From Chlamydiota bacterium (GTDB lineage: Bacteria > Chlamydiota > Chlamydiia > Chlamydiales > Rhabdochlamydiaceae), in contig JAKEHU010000006.1 in the NCBI GenBank assembly GCA_022614855.1, positions 20,537 to 84,536 on the forward strand: 64,000 nt of DNA, written 5' to 3'. A program made the translations under genes and the position numbers. Shown here one piece after another: positions 37,688 through 47,082 of this stretch; the stretch's first letter is position 1; each line of letters starts with the position of its first letter. Under the pieces are notes generated by a model that was not told the origin of the DNA, made no database searches, and saw only the letters and a program-made list of their open reading frames with translations.

Positions 37688-38772
37688 GTTTGAATTGATG
37701 GTGGATAAAAATTTTTATATCCATCCTTAGTAATCACAATAGTATCTTCATAGCGCACTCCCCCTTTTCCAGGCAAATAAAGGCCTGGTTCAATTGTAAT
37801 CACCATTCCTCTTTCTAAAATTACCTCTTTATCTACACCATCTTTGCTAATCCTTGGAAACTCATGAATCTCAATACCTACTCCATGTCCCAAACTATGA
37901 GAAAATAGCTCTTCCATCCCCTCTTTCGCCATTTCTCTTCTAGCAGCTAAATCTAGCTCTTCAAGAGAAGTTCCGGGACGGCATAGCTTCAGTGCCGCCT
38001 TTTGTGCTGAGCGGACAGTTTGGTACATTTTCCACAACACTGGATCCTTGCTTCCATAAAAATGGATTCGAGTCATATCCGAGCAATAGTGGTCTACTAC
38101 CACTCCCAGATCTATCAAAATGAGATCTCCTTTCTTTAATTTAGAAGATGATGAGCGGTGGTGTGGATAAGCTGAATTTTTCCCAAAAGCTATGATCGGT
38201 TCAAAGGAGAGTTTTTCTGCGCCATTTTGTCTTGCAAAAACTTCAAATTTCCAAGCGAGTTCTCTTTCAGTTATTCCAGATCGAAAAAATTTAGTGGTAT
38301 AGCGATATGCTTTTTGTAAAACTCCTGCGCTTTTTTGCAGAGATTTGATCTCAAAATCATCTTTAATCGATCGCAAAGATTGCAAAATTCTAGGTTGGGA
38401 AAAAAGCTTTGTTCCTATGGGTTTTACCATTTTTCCCATAGATAGATAGCGCTCATGGTTCATTCGAGTTCCATTAAAAACAATTTTCTCCACTTTATTT
38501 TGAGCAAGAAAGGCATGTTTATTTTCATCTGTTAAAGAAAGGATTGGATGAGAGGTCTTTTCTTTAGCAGCAGCAATGTAGCGACCATCTAGGAAAAGGA
38601 TTTCTTTATTTTTAAGGATAATGAAACATCCTGTAGAGACAATGAGTCCTGTTAAATAAAAAAGTTCAACGGAATCTTCCGTTAAATAACCATCGAAATC
38701 TTCTAGTTGCAGCCGCTTTTTAATCTCTTCTATTCGCTTGGATAGATTCATGGAATAGCTCTTCAATTTCAT
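37684..38772 (-). CDS. pepP: Xaa-Pro aminopeptidase (M24B)
   Basis: DLGVVVDHYCSDMTR, HSLGHGVGIEIHE and TIEPGLY. The start may be the ATG at 38751. Confidence 0.8.
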   Translation of the reverse strand: MKLKSYSMNLSKRIEEIKKRLQLEDFDGYLTEDSVELFYLTGLIVSTGCFIILKNKEILFLDGRYIAAAKEKTSHPILSLTDENKHAFLAQNKVEKIVFNGTRMNHERYLSMGKMVKPIGTKLFSQPRILQSLRSIKDDFEIKSLQKSAGVLQKAYRYTTKFFRSGITERELAWKFEVFARQNGAEKLSFEPIIAFGKNSAYPHHRSSSSKLKKGDLILIDLGVVVDHYCSDMTRIHFYGSKDPVLWKMYQTVRSAQKAALKLCRPGTSLEELDLAARREMAKEGMEELFSHSLGHGVGIEIHEFPRISKDGVDKEVILERGMVITIEPGLYLPGKGGVRYEDTIVITKDGYKNFYPPSIQT

Positions 38773-40438
38773 CCGCTGTCATGCGCGTTATAAAAGGCCT
38801 GCCTAGCTGGCCTACATAAGGGATCTTTAGTGATACTACTTCGTTCCATATTTTTTTTGCTTCTTCTAAAGAAAAATTTCTTTTTATTTTAGAAAACCGA
38901 ATTGAGATCATGGCTAACTGTTTTCTTCTTTCCGTTTCCAATAAATTTTTGCCAATAAAAGCTTGCAGCTCCTGTGTCATTTCGATTAAAGACTCCCTTC
39001 CTTTATCCTCGCTTAAAAAAGGAGGGATTGCATCAATGATAAATGCATCCTTTCCAATCGGTCGAATGGAAAAACCAATGGACTCAATTGCGGGCAAATG
39101 AGTGAGCATCATGGCCGATTGAATAGGAGTAAGTTGAAGAACAAAAGGAATCATGAGACCTTGTTTTTCTATTTGAGCTGCTCCTTCTTTTTGGATCAAT
39201 CGATAAAAGAGAAGTTCTGAAAAAGCTCTTTCTACATTGACAATCATGAGTTCATTTTCCTCTTCTAAAAAAAGAAACTCCTTATACATCCCAATGATTT
39301 GGAGAGAAGGTTCTAATTTAAGAGTCAAATGAGAGGAATCCGAAAGAAGAGATTCTTCCTTAAATTTCAATGAGAGAGGAGAGGAAAAGTCAATTCCTTC
39401 TGAAAAAGAATGAGAAAAAGAAAAATCTTTTTTTTGATTAGGAATATCAAAAACTTTAGATATTGCCTCAAAGATAAAATTTTTTATCAAAGATTCTTCG
39501 CGAAGCCTCACCTCTTTTTTTTGAGGATGGACATTTGGATCCACTAAATAAGGAGGAAGATGCAAATGAAGAAAAAATTGCGGAAAAATTTGTATGGAAA
39601 GCCGTGTGCCGTACGCTTCTTTTATCGATGAACTGATGAATGGGCAGATAACAGATCTCTGATTGATAAAGAGATATTGACCCGTTCGATTTTTTCTACC
39701 ATTTTCTGGACTGCTGATCAAACCAAATATCTTTAAAGATTCTTTTTCTTCATGGATTGGGTAAAACTTTTCAAGGAGCTGGCCATCAAATAGCCCATGA
39801 ATTCTCTTATTAAAAGCTTGTGGAAGATCTTCCTGATTTTCGTCTGTATTCAAAGCTGTTTTTCCATTTGAAACAAGGGAAATGGCAATATTCGGATTAC
39901 TCAAACTCAAAAACAGCATCATGCGAAATATCTCTGCAGAAGAGGCAACTGCTTTTTTTTGAAATTTTTTTCTCGCAGGCACATTGTAAAAAAGAGATTT
40001 TACTTCTATTGTTGTTCCTTTTGAACGGGCAAAAGTTTTTTGACTCATAATCTTTCCTCCTTCCACATCGATTTTCACTCCAGCTACTCCTTCCGTTGCA
40101 GTGGTTATGGAAAAATGAGAAATTGCACAAATCGAAGAAAGAGCTTCTCCTCGAAATCCCATTGTTTTTAATTGAAATAACTCTTTTGCATGGGCAATTT
40201 TTGAGGTGGCGTGTCTTTGTATTGACAGCAGAGCATCTTCCTTATCCATTCCAGTGCCATCGTCAGAAATCTTAATCAATTGAAACCCTCCTCCTCGAAT
40301 TTCAACTCGAATTTTTCTTGCGTGCGCATCAAGTGCATTCTCGACAAGTTCTTTTACGACAGAAGCCGGATTTTCAATGACTTCGCCTGCAGCGATTTGA
40401 TTGATTGTTTCTTCAGATAAAATTTGTATCTTTGCCAT
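38720..40438 (-). CDS. mutL: DNA mismatch repair protein MutL
   Basis: MAKIQILSEETINQIAAGEVIENPASVVKELVENALDA and GFRGEAL. The start is set at the ATG at 40438, not the upstream 40489. Confidence 0.92.
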   Translation of the reverse strand: MAKIQILSEETINQIAAGEVIENPASVVKELVENALDAHARKIRVEIRGGGFQLIKISDDGTGMDKEDALLSIQRHATSKIAHAKELFQLKTMGFRGEALSSICAISHFSITTATEGVAGVKIDVEGGKIMSQKTFARSKGTTIEVKSLFYNVPARKKFQKKAVASSAEIFRMMLFLSLSNPNIAISLVSNGKTALNTDENQEDLPQAFNKRIHGLFDGQLLEKFYPIHEEKESLKIFGLISSPENGRKNRTGQYLFINQRSVICPFISSSIKEAYGTRLSIQIFPQFFLHLHLPPYLVDPNVHPQKKEVRLREESLIKNFIFEAISKVFDIPNQKKDFSFSHSFSEGIDFSSPLSLKFKEESLLSDSSHLTLKLEPSLQIIGMYKEFLFLEEENELMIVNVERAFSELLFYRLIQKEGAAQIEKQGLMIPFVLQLTPIQSAMMLTHLPAIESIGFSIRPIGKDAFIIDAIPPFLSEDKGRESLIEMTQELQAFIGKNLLETERRKQLAMISIRFSKIKRNFSLEEAKKIWNEVVSLKIPYVGQLGRPFITRMTADEIEELFHESIQANRRD

Positions 40439-40531
40439 ATTTTTAAAGTATGAAGTATGAAAGTGTAAGTTTAAAATGAATCGATGCAAAAGTTCTAGAA
40501 AAGAAATATTCTTTACAGAAAATATATTCTT

Positions 40532-41782
40532 ATGCCTACAAAACTATTTGCAATAAAGATTGTAAAAACACTTGCACGAGCAGGACACATTGTCTACTTT
40601 GCAGGAGGCTGGGTAAGAGATTTTCTCATGCAACATCCATCCGATGATATCGATATTGCAACAAGTGCATCTACAGATGAAGTACAAAAACTCTTTCCAA
40701 AAACAATTCCTGTCGGCGTTTCTTTTGGCATCGTCATTGTTGTGCAGAATGGCCATCAATTTGAAGTAGCAACATTTAGAAAGGATAGAGGCTATGTAGA
40801 TGGAAGAAGACCTACCGGAATCGAACCTGCTACTCCTGAAGAAGATGCCCTTCGGCGCGATTTTACGATAAATGGAATGTTTTATGATCCGCTCAATGAG
40901 AAATTATATGATTACGTTGGAGGAGAAGCGGATATCAAAAAAAAGATCATCCGAGCAATTGGAAATCCGCATGAAAGGTTTGGTGAAGATAGGCTTCGCA
41001 TGATGCGGGCAGTGCGCTACTCAACCAGATTTAATTTCCCTATTGAAAGTGAAACTTTGCAAGCAATTCTTATCCATGCGAAAGAGCTTTTTCCTTCTGT
41101 AGCCATGGAAAGGGTTTGGCAAGAGTTTAAAAAAATGTCTCAATTTGCACATTTTGATAGAGGTTTAGCCACTCTCCATAAGCTGCAACTTTTGTCTACA
41201 ATTTTTCCAGAGCTTGCTAATGTCTCTTTAGAAGAAGTTGAAAAGAGGGTACGTTTTATGAGACAATTTCCAAAAAATACCCCTACTTTTGTAGAAGTTT
41301 TAGAGTTATTTCCCGACCATTCCTTCGAACAAATTATTCAGCTCTGCGACTATCTCAAGCTATCCAAAAAAGAAAAAGCATTTGCTCAGTTTTATTACCA
41401 CTCGCAAAATCTTCTCAACATGCCTAAATCCTGGCTGGATAAATTAGAAAAGGTGGAGTGGGCCCATTTTTATGCAAATCACTACTCCGATCTCTGTCTG
41501 CAAGTGCATGCGGCAAGAAAAGAAGCTGAGGAAAGAAGAGAATTTATCGATCATCATACAAGACAAAGAGAGTTGTTGAAAGAGCCAATTTTACGAATTC
41601 AATCAGCTAATCCCATTGTTAAAGCAGACCATTTGATGGAAGAGGGGATTAAACCCGGAAAAAATCTGGGAAAATTGCTCAAAGAAGCGGAGAGAATCTC
41701 TGTGAATGAACAGTTAGAAGATAGAAAAAAGATCATTGAAAAATTAAAAAAAACTCCACTATGGCAAGATGAACGAAGCTGA
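40532..41782 (+). CDS. CCA-adding enzyme / poly(A) polymerase family tRNA nucleotidyltransferase
   Basis: YFAGGWVRDFLM..DDIDIAT, RRDFTINGMFYD and EDRLRMMRAVRY. Confidence 0.85.
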   Translation: MPTKLFAIKIVKTLARAGHIVYFAGGWVRDFLMQHPSDDIDIATSASTDEVQKLFPKTIPVGVSFGIVIVVQNGHQFEVATFRKDRGYVDGRRPTGIEPATPEEDALRRDFTINGMFYDPLNEKLYDYVGGEADIKKKIIRAIGNPHERFGEDRLRMMRAVRYSTRFNFPIESETLQAILIHAKELFPSVAMERVWQEFKKMSQFAHFDRGLATLHKLQLLSTIFPELANVSLEEVEKRVRFMRQFPKNTPTFVEVLELFPDHSFEQIIQLCDYLKLSKKEKAFAQFYYHSQNLLNMPKSWLDKLEKVEWAHFYANHYSDLCLQVHAARKEAEERREFIDHHTRQRELLKEPILRIQSANPIVKADHLMEEGIKPGKNLGKLLKEAERISVNEQLEDRKKIIEKLKKTPLWQDERS

Positions 41783-42641
41783 ATCCCCTCCTTTTATCAA
41801 TGGAGTTCTTCTCATTATCTTTGCCTGGGTTTTCTTCACTGTAATGATTGCAATTTCTCGATATGTAAGTCCTTTGACTTCCATTCCAATTGTACTTCTC
41901 TTTCAAAATGGAATCAGTTTGCTTTTCATTCTTCCCTGGATGATCGAAAAAGGAAAAACAAGTTTTCACACTCCAAAATACCATCTTCTCATTCTAAGGA
42001 CGGTAGCCGGTTATTTAAACTTCACATTCATCTTTCTTGCAGTACAAAGAACATCACTAGTCAACACACTTTTGCTCAGCAATAGCGCCCCGATTTTCAT
42101 CCCTTTGATCATCTGGATTTGGCGGCGCATTGCAGTCGGCTACAAACTTTGGCTTGGAATTATCATAGGATTTATCGGAATTGGGCTGATTTTAAAACCG
42201 GATATTGATTTCATGAATACTGGGGTTCTTTTTGCCCTTGGATCTGCAATTTCTTTTTCCATCTCTATGATTGCGCAGAGAAGATTGATTAAAACAGAAC
42301 CCAAATACACGATTCTATTTTACTATTTTCTAGCAGGAACGCTCATCAGCTTCCCCTTTGCCATTTACACATGGAACATTCCCTTAACAATATTGCCTCT
42401 TTTAATTTTAATAGGTGTGCTGTCTGTGATTGGACAACTAGCATTTCTACAAGCCCTCCAATTTGGGAAGCCCTCTGCTTTAAGTCCTTTCAACTACATA
42501 TCAGTTGTATATGCAGCTATCATAGAATGGATCATTTGGAACCAATTTCCCGATCTTTTCTCGATCCTTGGCATCATTCTCATTTCCGTAGGAGGGATTC
42601 TTACAATGATTTATGAGAATAAACCTATCCGCAAATTCTAA
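41769..42641 (+). CDS. EamA/DMT-family transporter (10 TM)
   Basis: The protein has a two-fold hydrophobic repeat architecture. The last six codons and the stop (KPIRKF*) are encoded by a MITE terminal repeat. Confidence 0.65.
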   Translation: MNEAESPPFINGVLLIIFAWVFFTVMIAISRYVSPLTSIPIVLLFQNGISLLFILPWMIEKGKTSFHTPKYHLLILRTVAGYLNFTFIFLAVQRTSLVNTLLLSNSAPIFIPLIIWIWRRIAVGYKLWLGIIIGFIGIGLILKPDIDFMNTGVLFALGSAISFSISMIAQRRLIKTEPKYTILFYYFLAGTLISFPFAIYTWNIPLTILPLLILIGVLSVIGQLAFLQALQFGKPSALSPFNYISVVYAAIIEWIIWNQFPDLFSILGIILISVGGILTMIYENKPIRKF

Positions 42642-42697
42642 AACTTGCTTTTCGTATCTTTTTCGTCATATTTTCATGCCATTTCTTGGCCTACTTA
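42622..42697. mobile_element. MITE family GAACCTATCC, half copy B (left arm only)
   Basis: AACCTATCCGCAAATTCTAAAACTTGCTTTTCGTATCTTTTTCGTCATATTTTCATGCCATTTCTTGGCCTACTTA is near-identical (one mismatch seen) to 46900-46975. It then diverges. Confidence 0.85.
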
Positions 42698-42703
42698 AAT
42701 GGT

Positions 42704-43594
42704 TCATTGAAAACAAAATAGTGTGATTTCTTTTTCAAATTTTGGCATGAATTCAGGGTATTCTTTTGCTATCCAATTCCTCAACTTTTTGCCAACTCTG
42801 GATATCTCTTTTTGATAATAAGATGGTTTTTTTACCTCTTCATCAAAAAACATTCTCCCTACATCTAAATGAACAATTTCTTCTCCGATAAATCCATAGT
42901 TGTGGTTGATTCCATGATCTTTATCGGCAAACCCCTTTTTACACTTTTCAATGATCTGTTCGAGTAAAGAGCGAATCGTTTTAGTGGCCAATTCTTCATT
43001 CTTATTTTCAAGAGCTCTTTTAAGCCTATTTAAAAAAAGCTCACATTTTTTTTGCACAACAAACTCATATTGATCTACGTCAAGAAGATGCTTTTTCTTT
43101 TTCTTATCAATTAATGTAATTTTTCTATTCCATTCATTTGTCTTATTTAAATGAATATAGATAAGTCCTGTTTCTCTTCTCAATGTATCAAAAGCCATTT
43201 TATAACTTGAAAAAAGGTCAATTTGTCTCTGTTTTCTTCGATCTATTTTGTTGAAGCGATACATTTCTAAGCCTGGCAAAGGAAAAAACTTCAACCAGCT
43301 CTTGGGAAGAAAATGTTTCATGCGAAAAAATTTAAGAACAGATTTCTTGTCTTCAGAGATAAATACATAGCATTGACTACCTGACGCCAAATGTGAAAAA
43401 CCCTGAGAAAAGATCTCATTTAACAAGCTTTTTTCTTCATCCATTAGCGGCAAAACTTCCCAAGAATTGCAAAATTTAAGGTTTGAAGAGATTTTTTTGA
43501 GATCGAACCCGGAATTTTTTTTAAAAAAAAAGAATCCGAAAAAAATCACAAAAAAAAGAAAGAGAGAAATCAGGTTTGCTCTATTAAATTTCAT
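42704..43594 (-). CDS. Membrane-anchored hypothetical protein with protein-kinase-like features
   Basis: An N-terminal TM is followed by a G-loop-like LASGSQCYVF and VLKF (Lys), then DKDHGINHN and HLDVG as possible catalytic and DxG segments. The assignment rests on motifs only. Confidence 0.3.
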   Translation of the reverse strand: MKFNRANLISLFLFFVIFFGFFFFKKNSGFDLKKISSNLKFCNSWEVLPLMDEEKSLLNEIFSQGFSHLASGSQCYVFISEDKKSVLKFFRMKHFLPKSWLKFFPLPGLEMYRFNKIDRRKQRQIDLFSSYKMAFDTLRRETGLIYIHLNKTNEWNRKITLIDKKKKKHLLDVDQYEFVVQKKCELFLNRLKRALENKNEELATKTIRSLLEQIIEKCKKGFADKDHGINHNYGFIGEEIVHLDVGRMFFDEEVKKPSYYQKEISRVGKKLRNWIAKEYPEFMPKFEKEITLFCFQ

Positions 43595-43751
43595 AAAAAA
43601 TAGAAGAAAACATCATTGTCTTTTCTGAAAAATTTTCAGTCTATAAAAACTTTTAAAGTGAAAAAAAAATAAAAAAAGCTTGCAAGAATAAAATAAAGTT
43701 TCTTATCCTGTGAATTAACGTTTTTGTCCAACCTTATTTATGGAGAAAGCA

Positions 43752-44885
43752 ATGAAGAAAACATCTAAATTCTTAATTTCTAGTTCAATTCTGGTGCTTG
43801 GAAGTGCAACAAGTTTGTTTGCCGATTACGATTGTCCTGAGCCTAAAAAAAAGATGAAGGACTGTCCTCCTCCAAAACCTGAATGCCCAAGTCGATGTGC
43901 ACAGCTCGATATTACGAGAGGTCCACGTCGCGAAATTACTCCAAACGCAGGTCCTTGCGTAAATAATGGAGTAGATCTTTATGTCACAGCAGATTTTATC
44001 TACTGGACAGCAAGAGAAGATAATCTTGGTTATGTAGTTTCTACGGGCCAAGTTAATAACGGTGCAAGTTCTGCAACCGCTAGAGGTGGTGTACACCATC
44101 CCGATTGGAAATTCCGTCCAGGTTTCAAGGTAGCTCTTGGAATGAACTTTGAACATGATGGCTGGGATTCCAAGATTGAATATACATGGAACAGATGGAG
44201 AAGAATCAGTGATTCTACAACTCCTTCTGGAACAAAACTTTTGTTAGATACTCTAATAGCGGTCAATGATGATCCTTTTAGCATAAGTCCAGTTACTAGA
44301 GCCTCAGCAAGATGGCGTTTTAATCTCAATGTTCTCGACTGGGAACTTGGACGCAATTATTATATCAGCAGATATCTCATGTTGAGACCTCACTTTGGTT
44401 TCAAAGGTACATGGGGTAGACAAAGATTCAATACAACATTTAATGGGCTAACGGGCGCTGATGCGCATGTAAAAACATCTCGCTGGAGAATGCCTTACTG
44501 GGGTATTGGTATTCGTGCGGGTCTTGATACTGCTTGGCACTTCACAAAAAGCTTTAGCCTTTTTGGAGAGATTGCCTTTACAGGACTATGGGAGCAGTTT
44601 AAACCAAGAAGACATGACGTAGACCAAAACATAGTAACAGGTCTATTTACTAGTCTCTTTAACGTTGACTATGAATTCCATACCATTAAGCCAATTATTG
44701 AATGGATTATCGGTCTTCGTTGGGAAACATGGTTCTCCGATGATAACTACCATTTCGGCATTGAAGCTGGCTGGGAAGAACAATGGTGGGGAGGACAAAA
44801 TCAGTTCTTTAGACTAACTACTGAAAGTGACTGGGGCGATCTTGTAATGCAAGGTTTAACAGTTAAAGTAAGATTTGATTTCTAA
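43752..44885 (+). CDS. MOMP-like outer-membrane beta-barrel porin with Cys/Pro-rich N-terminal segment
   Basis: A signal peptide (KKTSKFLISSSILVLGSATSLFA) precedes DYDCPEP..CPPPKPECPSRC. Alternating beta-strand patterns follow, and the protein ends in F. GGAG lies 7 nt before this ATG; the ATG at 43740 is an alternative. Confidence 0.65.
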   Translation: MKKTSKFLISSSILVLGSATSLFADYDCPEPKKKMKDCPPPKPECPSRCAQLDITRGPRREITPNAGPCVNNGVDLYVTADFIYWTAREDNLGYVVSTGQVNNGASSATARGGVHHPDWKFRPGFKVALGMNFEHDGWDSKIEYTWNRWRRISDSTTPSGTKLLLDTLIAVNDDPFSISPVTRASARWRFNLNVLDWELGRNYYISRYLMLRPHFGFKGTWGRQRFNTTFNGLTGADAHVKTSRWRMPYWGIGIRAGLDTAWHFTKSFSLFGEIAFTGLWEQFKPRRHDVDQNIVTGLFTSLFNVDYEFHTIKPIIEWIIGLRWETWFSDDNYHFGIEAGWEEQWWGGQNQFFRLTTESDWGDLVMQGLTVKVRFDF

Positions 44886-44902
44886 TTGTTTTCTTCCTAA
44901 TG

Positions 44903-44934
44903 GAGCAACAAACGTAGATTTGTTGCTCTTTTTT
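44903..44934 (+). terminator. Rho-independent terminator after the porin gene
   Basis: A 10-bp perfect stem (GAGCAACAAA / TTTGTTGCTC) with a 6-nt loop is followed by T6. Confidence 0.75.
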
Positions 44935-44955
44935 CGTCCTAGGGTTTGTTAATGG

Positions 44956-44985
44956 TGCCCGTCTTAAAAGACGGGCATTTTTATT
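44956..44985 (+). terminator. Second tandem intrinsic terminator
   Basis: A 9-bp stem (TGCCCGTCT / AGACGGGCA) with loop TAAA is followed by TTTTTATTTT. Confidence 0.65.
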
Positions 44986-45081
44986 TTCTTCTCCTTTGTG
45001 TTCTTCGTGAGCTCTGTGGTTTAAATCCGGATAAGTAAAAAGATTATTACTACAGAGATCACAGAGGACACAGAGAGAAAA
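44985..45081. repeat. Inverted pair of CACAGAG 9-mer arrays
   Basis: The right arm is TACAGAGAT-CACAGAGGA-CACAGAGAG. The left arm is its degenerate reverse complement (..TTCTTCGTGAGCTCTGTGGTT). The same 3x9 array recurs at 54985-55020. Confidence 0.7.
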
Positions 45082-45098
45082 TAGGATTGGAATAAGAA

Positions 45099-46898
45099 TC
45101 ATAGATTTAGATTAATGATGAGAAGTGTGATGTCATCTTCTTGGTCTAGTCCAGAAGAAAAATTTTGCACCTCGTGGATGATTATATTCACAAGGTCTTG
45201 TGATTTTTTACTTTGTGCGTGTTTGATCAATTCTTTCAATCGATCTATGCCAAAGGTCTCTTTTTCTCGATTTCTAGCTTCAATAATTCCATCCGTATAA
45301 AGAATGAGAAAATCTCCTTTTCGAAGTGTCATTTCTTGAATGGAAAGATGGTCGAGTTCCATTACTCCCAATGCAATACCATCTCCTCTTAACTGGTGCA
45401 TCGTTCCATCTGACCTACGCAAAATTGCCGGCAAATGTCCTGAATTATGATAATAGAGTTTTTTTTGTCTTCGATCAAAAAGCCCTACCCAGGCTGTTAC
45501 AAAATTATGTGAACCGACCGTATCGAGGTACAATAAATTATTTGTCTCTAAAAGAATTCTGTCCAAACTATGTTTTTCCTTGGCTAAACTTCTGAGCGTG
45601 CTTCTCACCGAAAGAGAAAAAAGAGATGCACCGATTCCCTTTCCCGATCCATCTGCAATAGAAAAAAGAAGAGTATTGTCATCTGGCGCAAACAGATCAT
45701 AAAAATCTCCTGCAACTGTTTTTGCCGGAATGAATTTTGTTCCAATATCTATTCCAGGAATTTGAGGAATTTCTTTGGGAAAAAGAGTTTTTTGAATTTC
45801 ATGGCCAATTTTTAATTCATTTTCTAAAAGTTCTCTTGAAATTTTTTCACTTTTTGCTGTTTCCATTTGCGTTAAGAGGTCTTCAATCATCTGATTAAAT
45901 CCCCTTCCTAAAACATTGATCTCAAATCCCATCTTTTCCTTTTCATACCTCGCATTCAAATCTCCATGTTGTACTTTCTCCATAACAGAAAATAGTTGTT
46001 TCAAGGGTCTGCCCATTTTTATGGTCATGATGCAAGCAGTTCCACCTCCTATGAAAAGTAGAATGATAAATAGACTGGAAATGGGATAAAGAAAGTGGTT
46101 TACCGCAAAAAGATCGATTCCCAAATGAGAAAGATTTGCCAAAAGAGAAAATGAAGCGTCTTCAATGGGAATTTCAATGGCTAACCGACTTTCTCGATTT
46201 GTAAAAACATCCCAAATTGAAAGGGAAAACATCCACTTGTTTAACTCATTAGCATGAAAAATCTCCATTTTTTCTCTTTCAAATTGTGGCTTGGTGGTAA
46301 GCACAATTTGGCCAGATGGATCGACCAAAGAAAGGTTAAAATCGCCTAAAACATCGCCGAAAGCTGCAATATTTTCTAACCAACTTTGCCCAGCAGTGAT
46401 AAAAGCTAGACATTTTTTTTTCGTTTTATCTGTTTTTAAAAGAACAAGCTCAGTTGAGATAAAAGAGAGTTCACGAGAAATAAAAACGAGCGTGCCTCTT
46501 TCGGAAGCTAAAGAAAGCTCTTCAGAAAAAAAAGTTTTTCCTATTAACGATGGTTCGCTGCCATTTTTACAAATCCATTTGCCCTCTTCCAAAGAAAAGG
46601 AAAAAAGACCGCTTAATTTTAACTTCTGAGCAAGAACCTCAAAAGAGACGGCTCCATTTTCAATCAAATTTGCATCGAGAGATCTGAGTTCAATCCATTG
46701 ATTGATCAGGTGCGCATGTGCTTTAGCAAAAGAGGAAAGTTCAAAAAAAAGTGCACGCATTCTTGTTTGATAATCTCGATGCCACAAAACGATGCTATGA
46801 ACCACTAAAGGGACAATGATAAATGCAACACAGATAAGCGCGACTCGAAGTCCTAGCGAGCCGACCAGATGTCGAAGGGCAATTCTTTTTCTTTCCAT
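45099..46898 (-). CDS. rsbU: RsbU-like sensor PP2C phosphatase (periplasmic domain + HAMP + SpoIIE/PP2C)
   Basis: Two TM segments flank a ~250-aa extracytoplasmic region. A HAMP segment (MGRPLKQLFSVMEKVQHGDLNARY) is followed by PP2C motifs (VAGDFYD, IADGSGKG, LYTDGIIEA). Confidence 0.85.
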   Translation of the reverse strand: MERKRIALRHLVGSLGLRVALICVAFIIVPLVVHSIVLWHRDYQTRMRALFFELSSFAKAHAHLINQWIELRSLDANLIENGAVSFEVLAQKLKLSGLFSFSLEEGKWICKNGSEPSLIGKTFFSEELSLASERGTLVFISRELSFISTELVLLKTDKTKKKCLAFITAGQSWLENIAAFGDVLGDFNLSLVDPSGQIVLTTKPQFEREKMEIFHANELNKWMFSLSIWDVFTNRESRLAIEIPIEDASFSLLANLSHLGIDLFAVNHFLYPISSLFIILLFIGGGTACIMTIKMGRPLKQLFSVMEKVQHGDLNARYEKEKMGFEINVLGRGFNQMIEDLLTQMETAKSEKISRELLENELKIGHEIQKTLFPKEIPQIPGIDIGTKFIPAKTVAGDFYDLFAPDDNTLLFSIADGSGKGIGASLFSLSVRSTLRSLAKEKHSLDRILLETNNLLYLDTVGSHNFVTAWVGLFDRRQKKLYYHNSGHLPAILRRSDGTMHQLRGDGIALGVMELDHLSIQEMTLRKGDFLILYTDGIIEARNREKETFGIDRLKELIKHAQSKKSQDLVNIIIHEVQNFSSGLDQEDDITLLIINLNL

Positions 46899-47059
46899 GA
46901 ACCTATCCGCAAATTCTAAAACTTGCTTTTCGTATCTTTTTCGTCATATTTTCATGCCATTTCTTGTCCTACTTATATAAGTATGTCCTTCGAAGTGGCA
47001 TGAAAATCTGATGAAAAAATCTTACAAAAATCAAACTTCTAGAATTTGCGGATAGGTTC
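46899..47059. mobile_element. MITE-like palindromic element, family GAACCTATCC, full copy C (161 bp)
   Basis: It has the same terminal repeats as copy A. It fills almost the entire divergent rsbU/trmH intergenic region and starts immediately after the rsbU start codon. Confidence 0.9.
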
Positions 47060-47082
47060 AACCTTGCCACTGATGTTATATT

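Noticed and set aside
44863-45102. A 79-aa minus-strand ORF lies between the porin gene and rsbU.
   Set aside because: It spans two intrinsic terminator hairpins and the CACAGAG repeat arrays. Its Cys/Leu-rich sequence derives from repeats.
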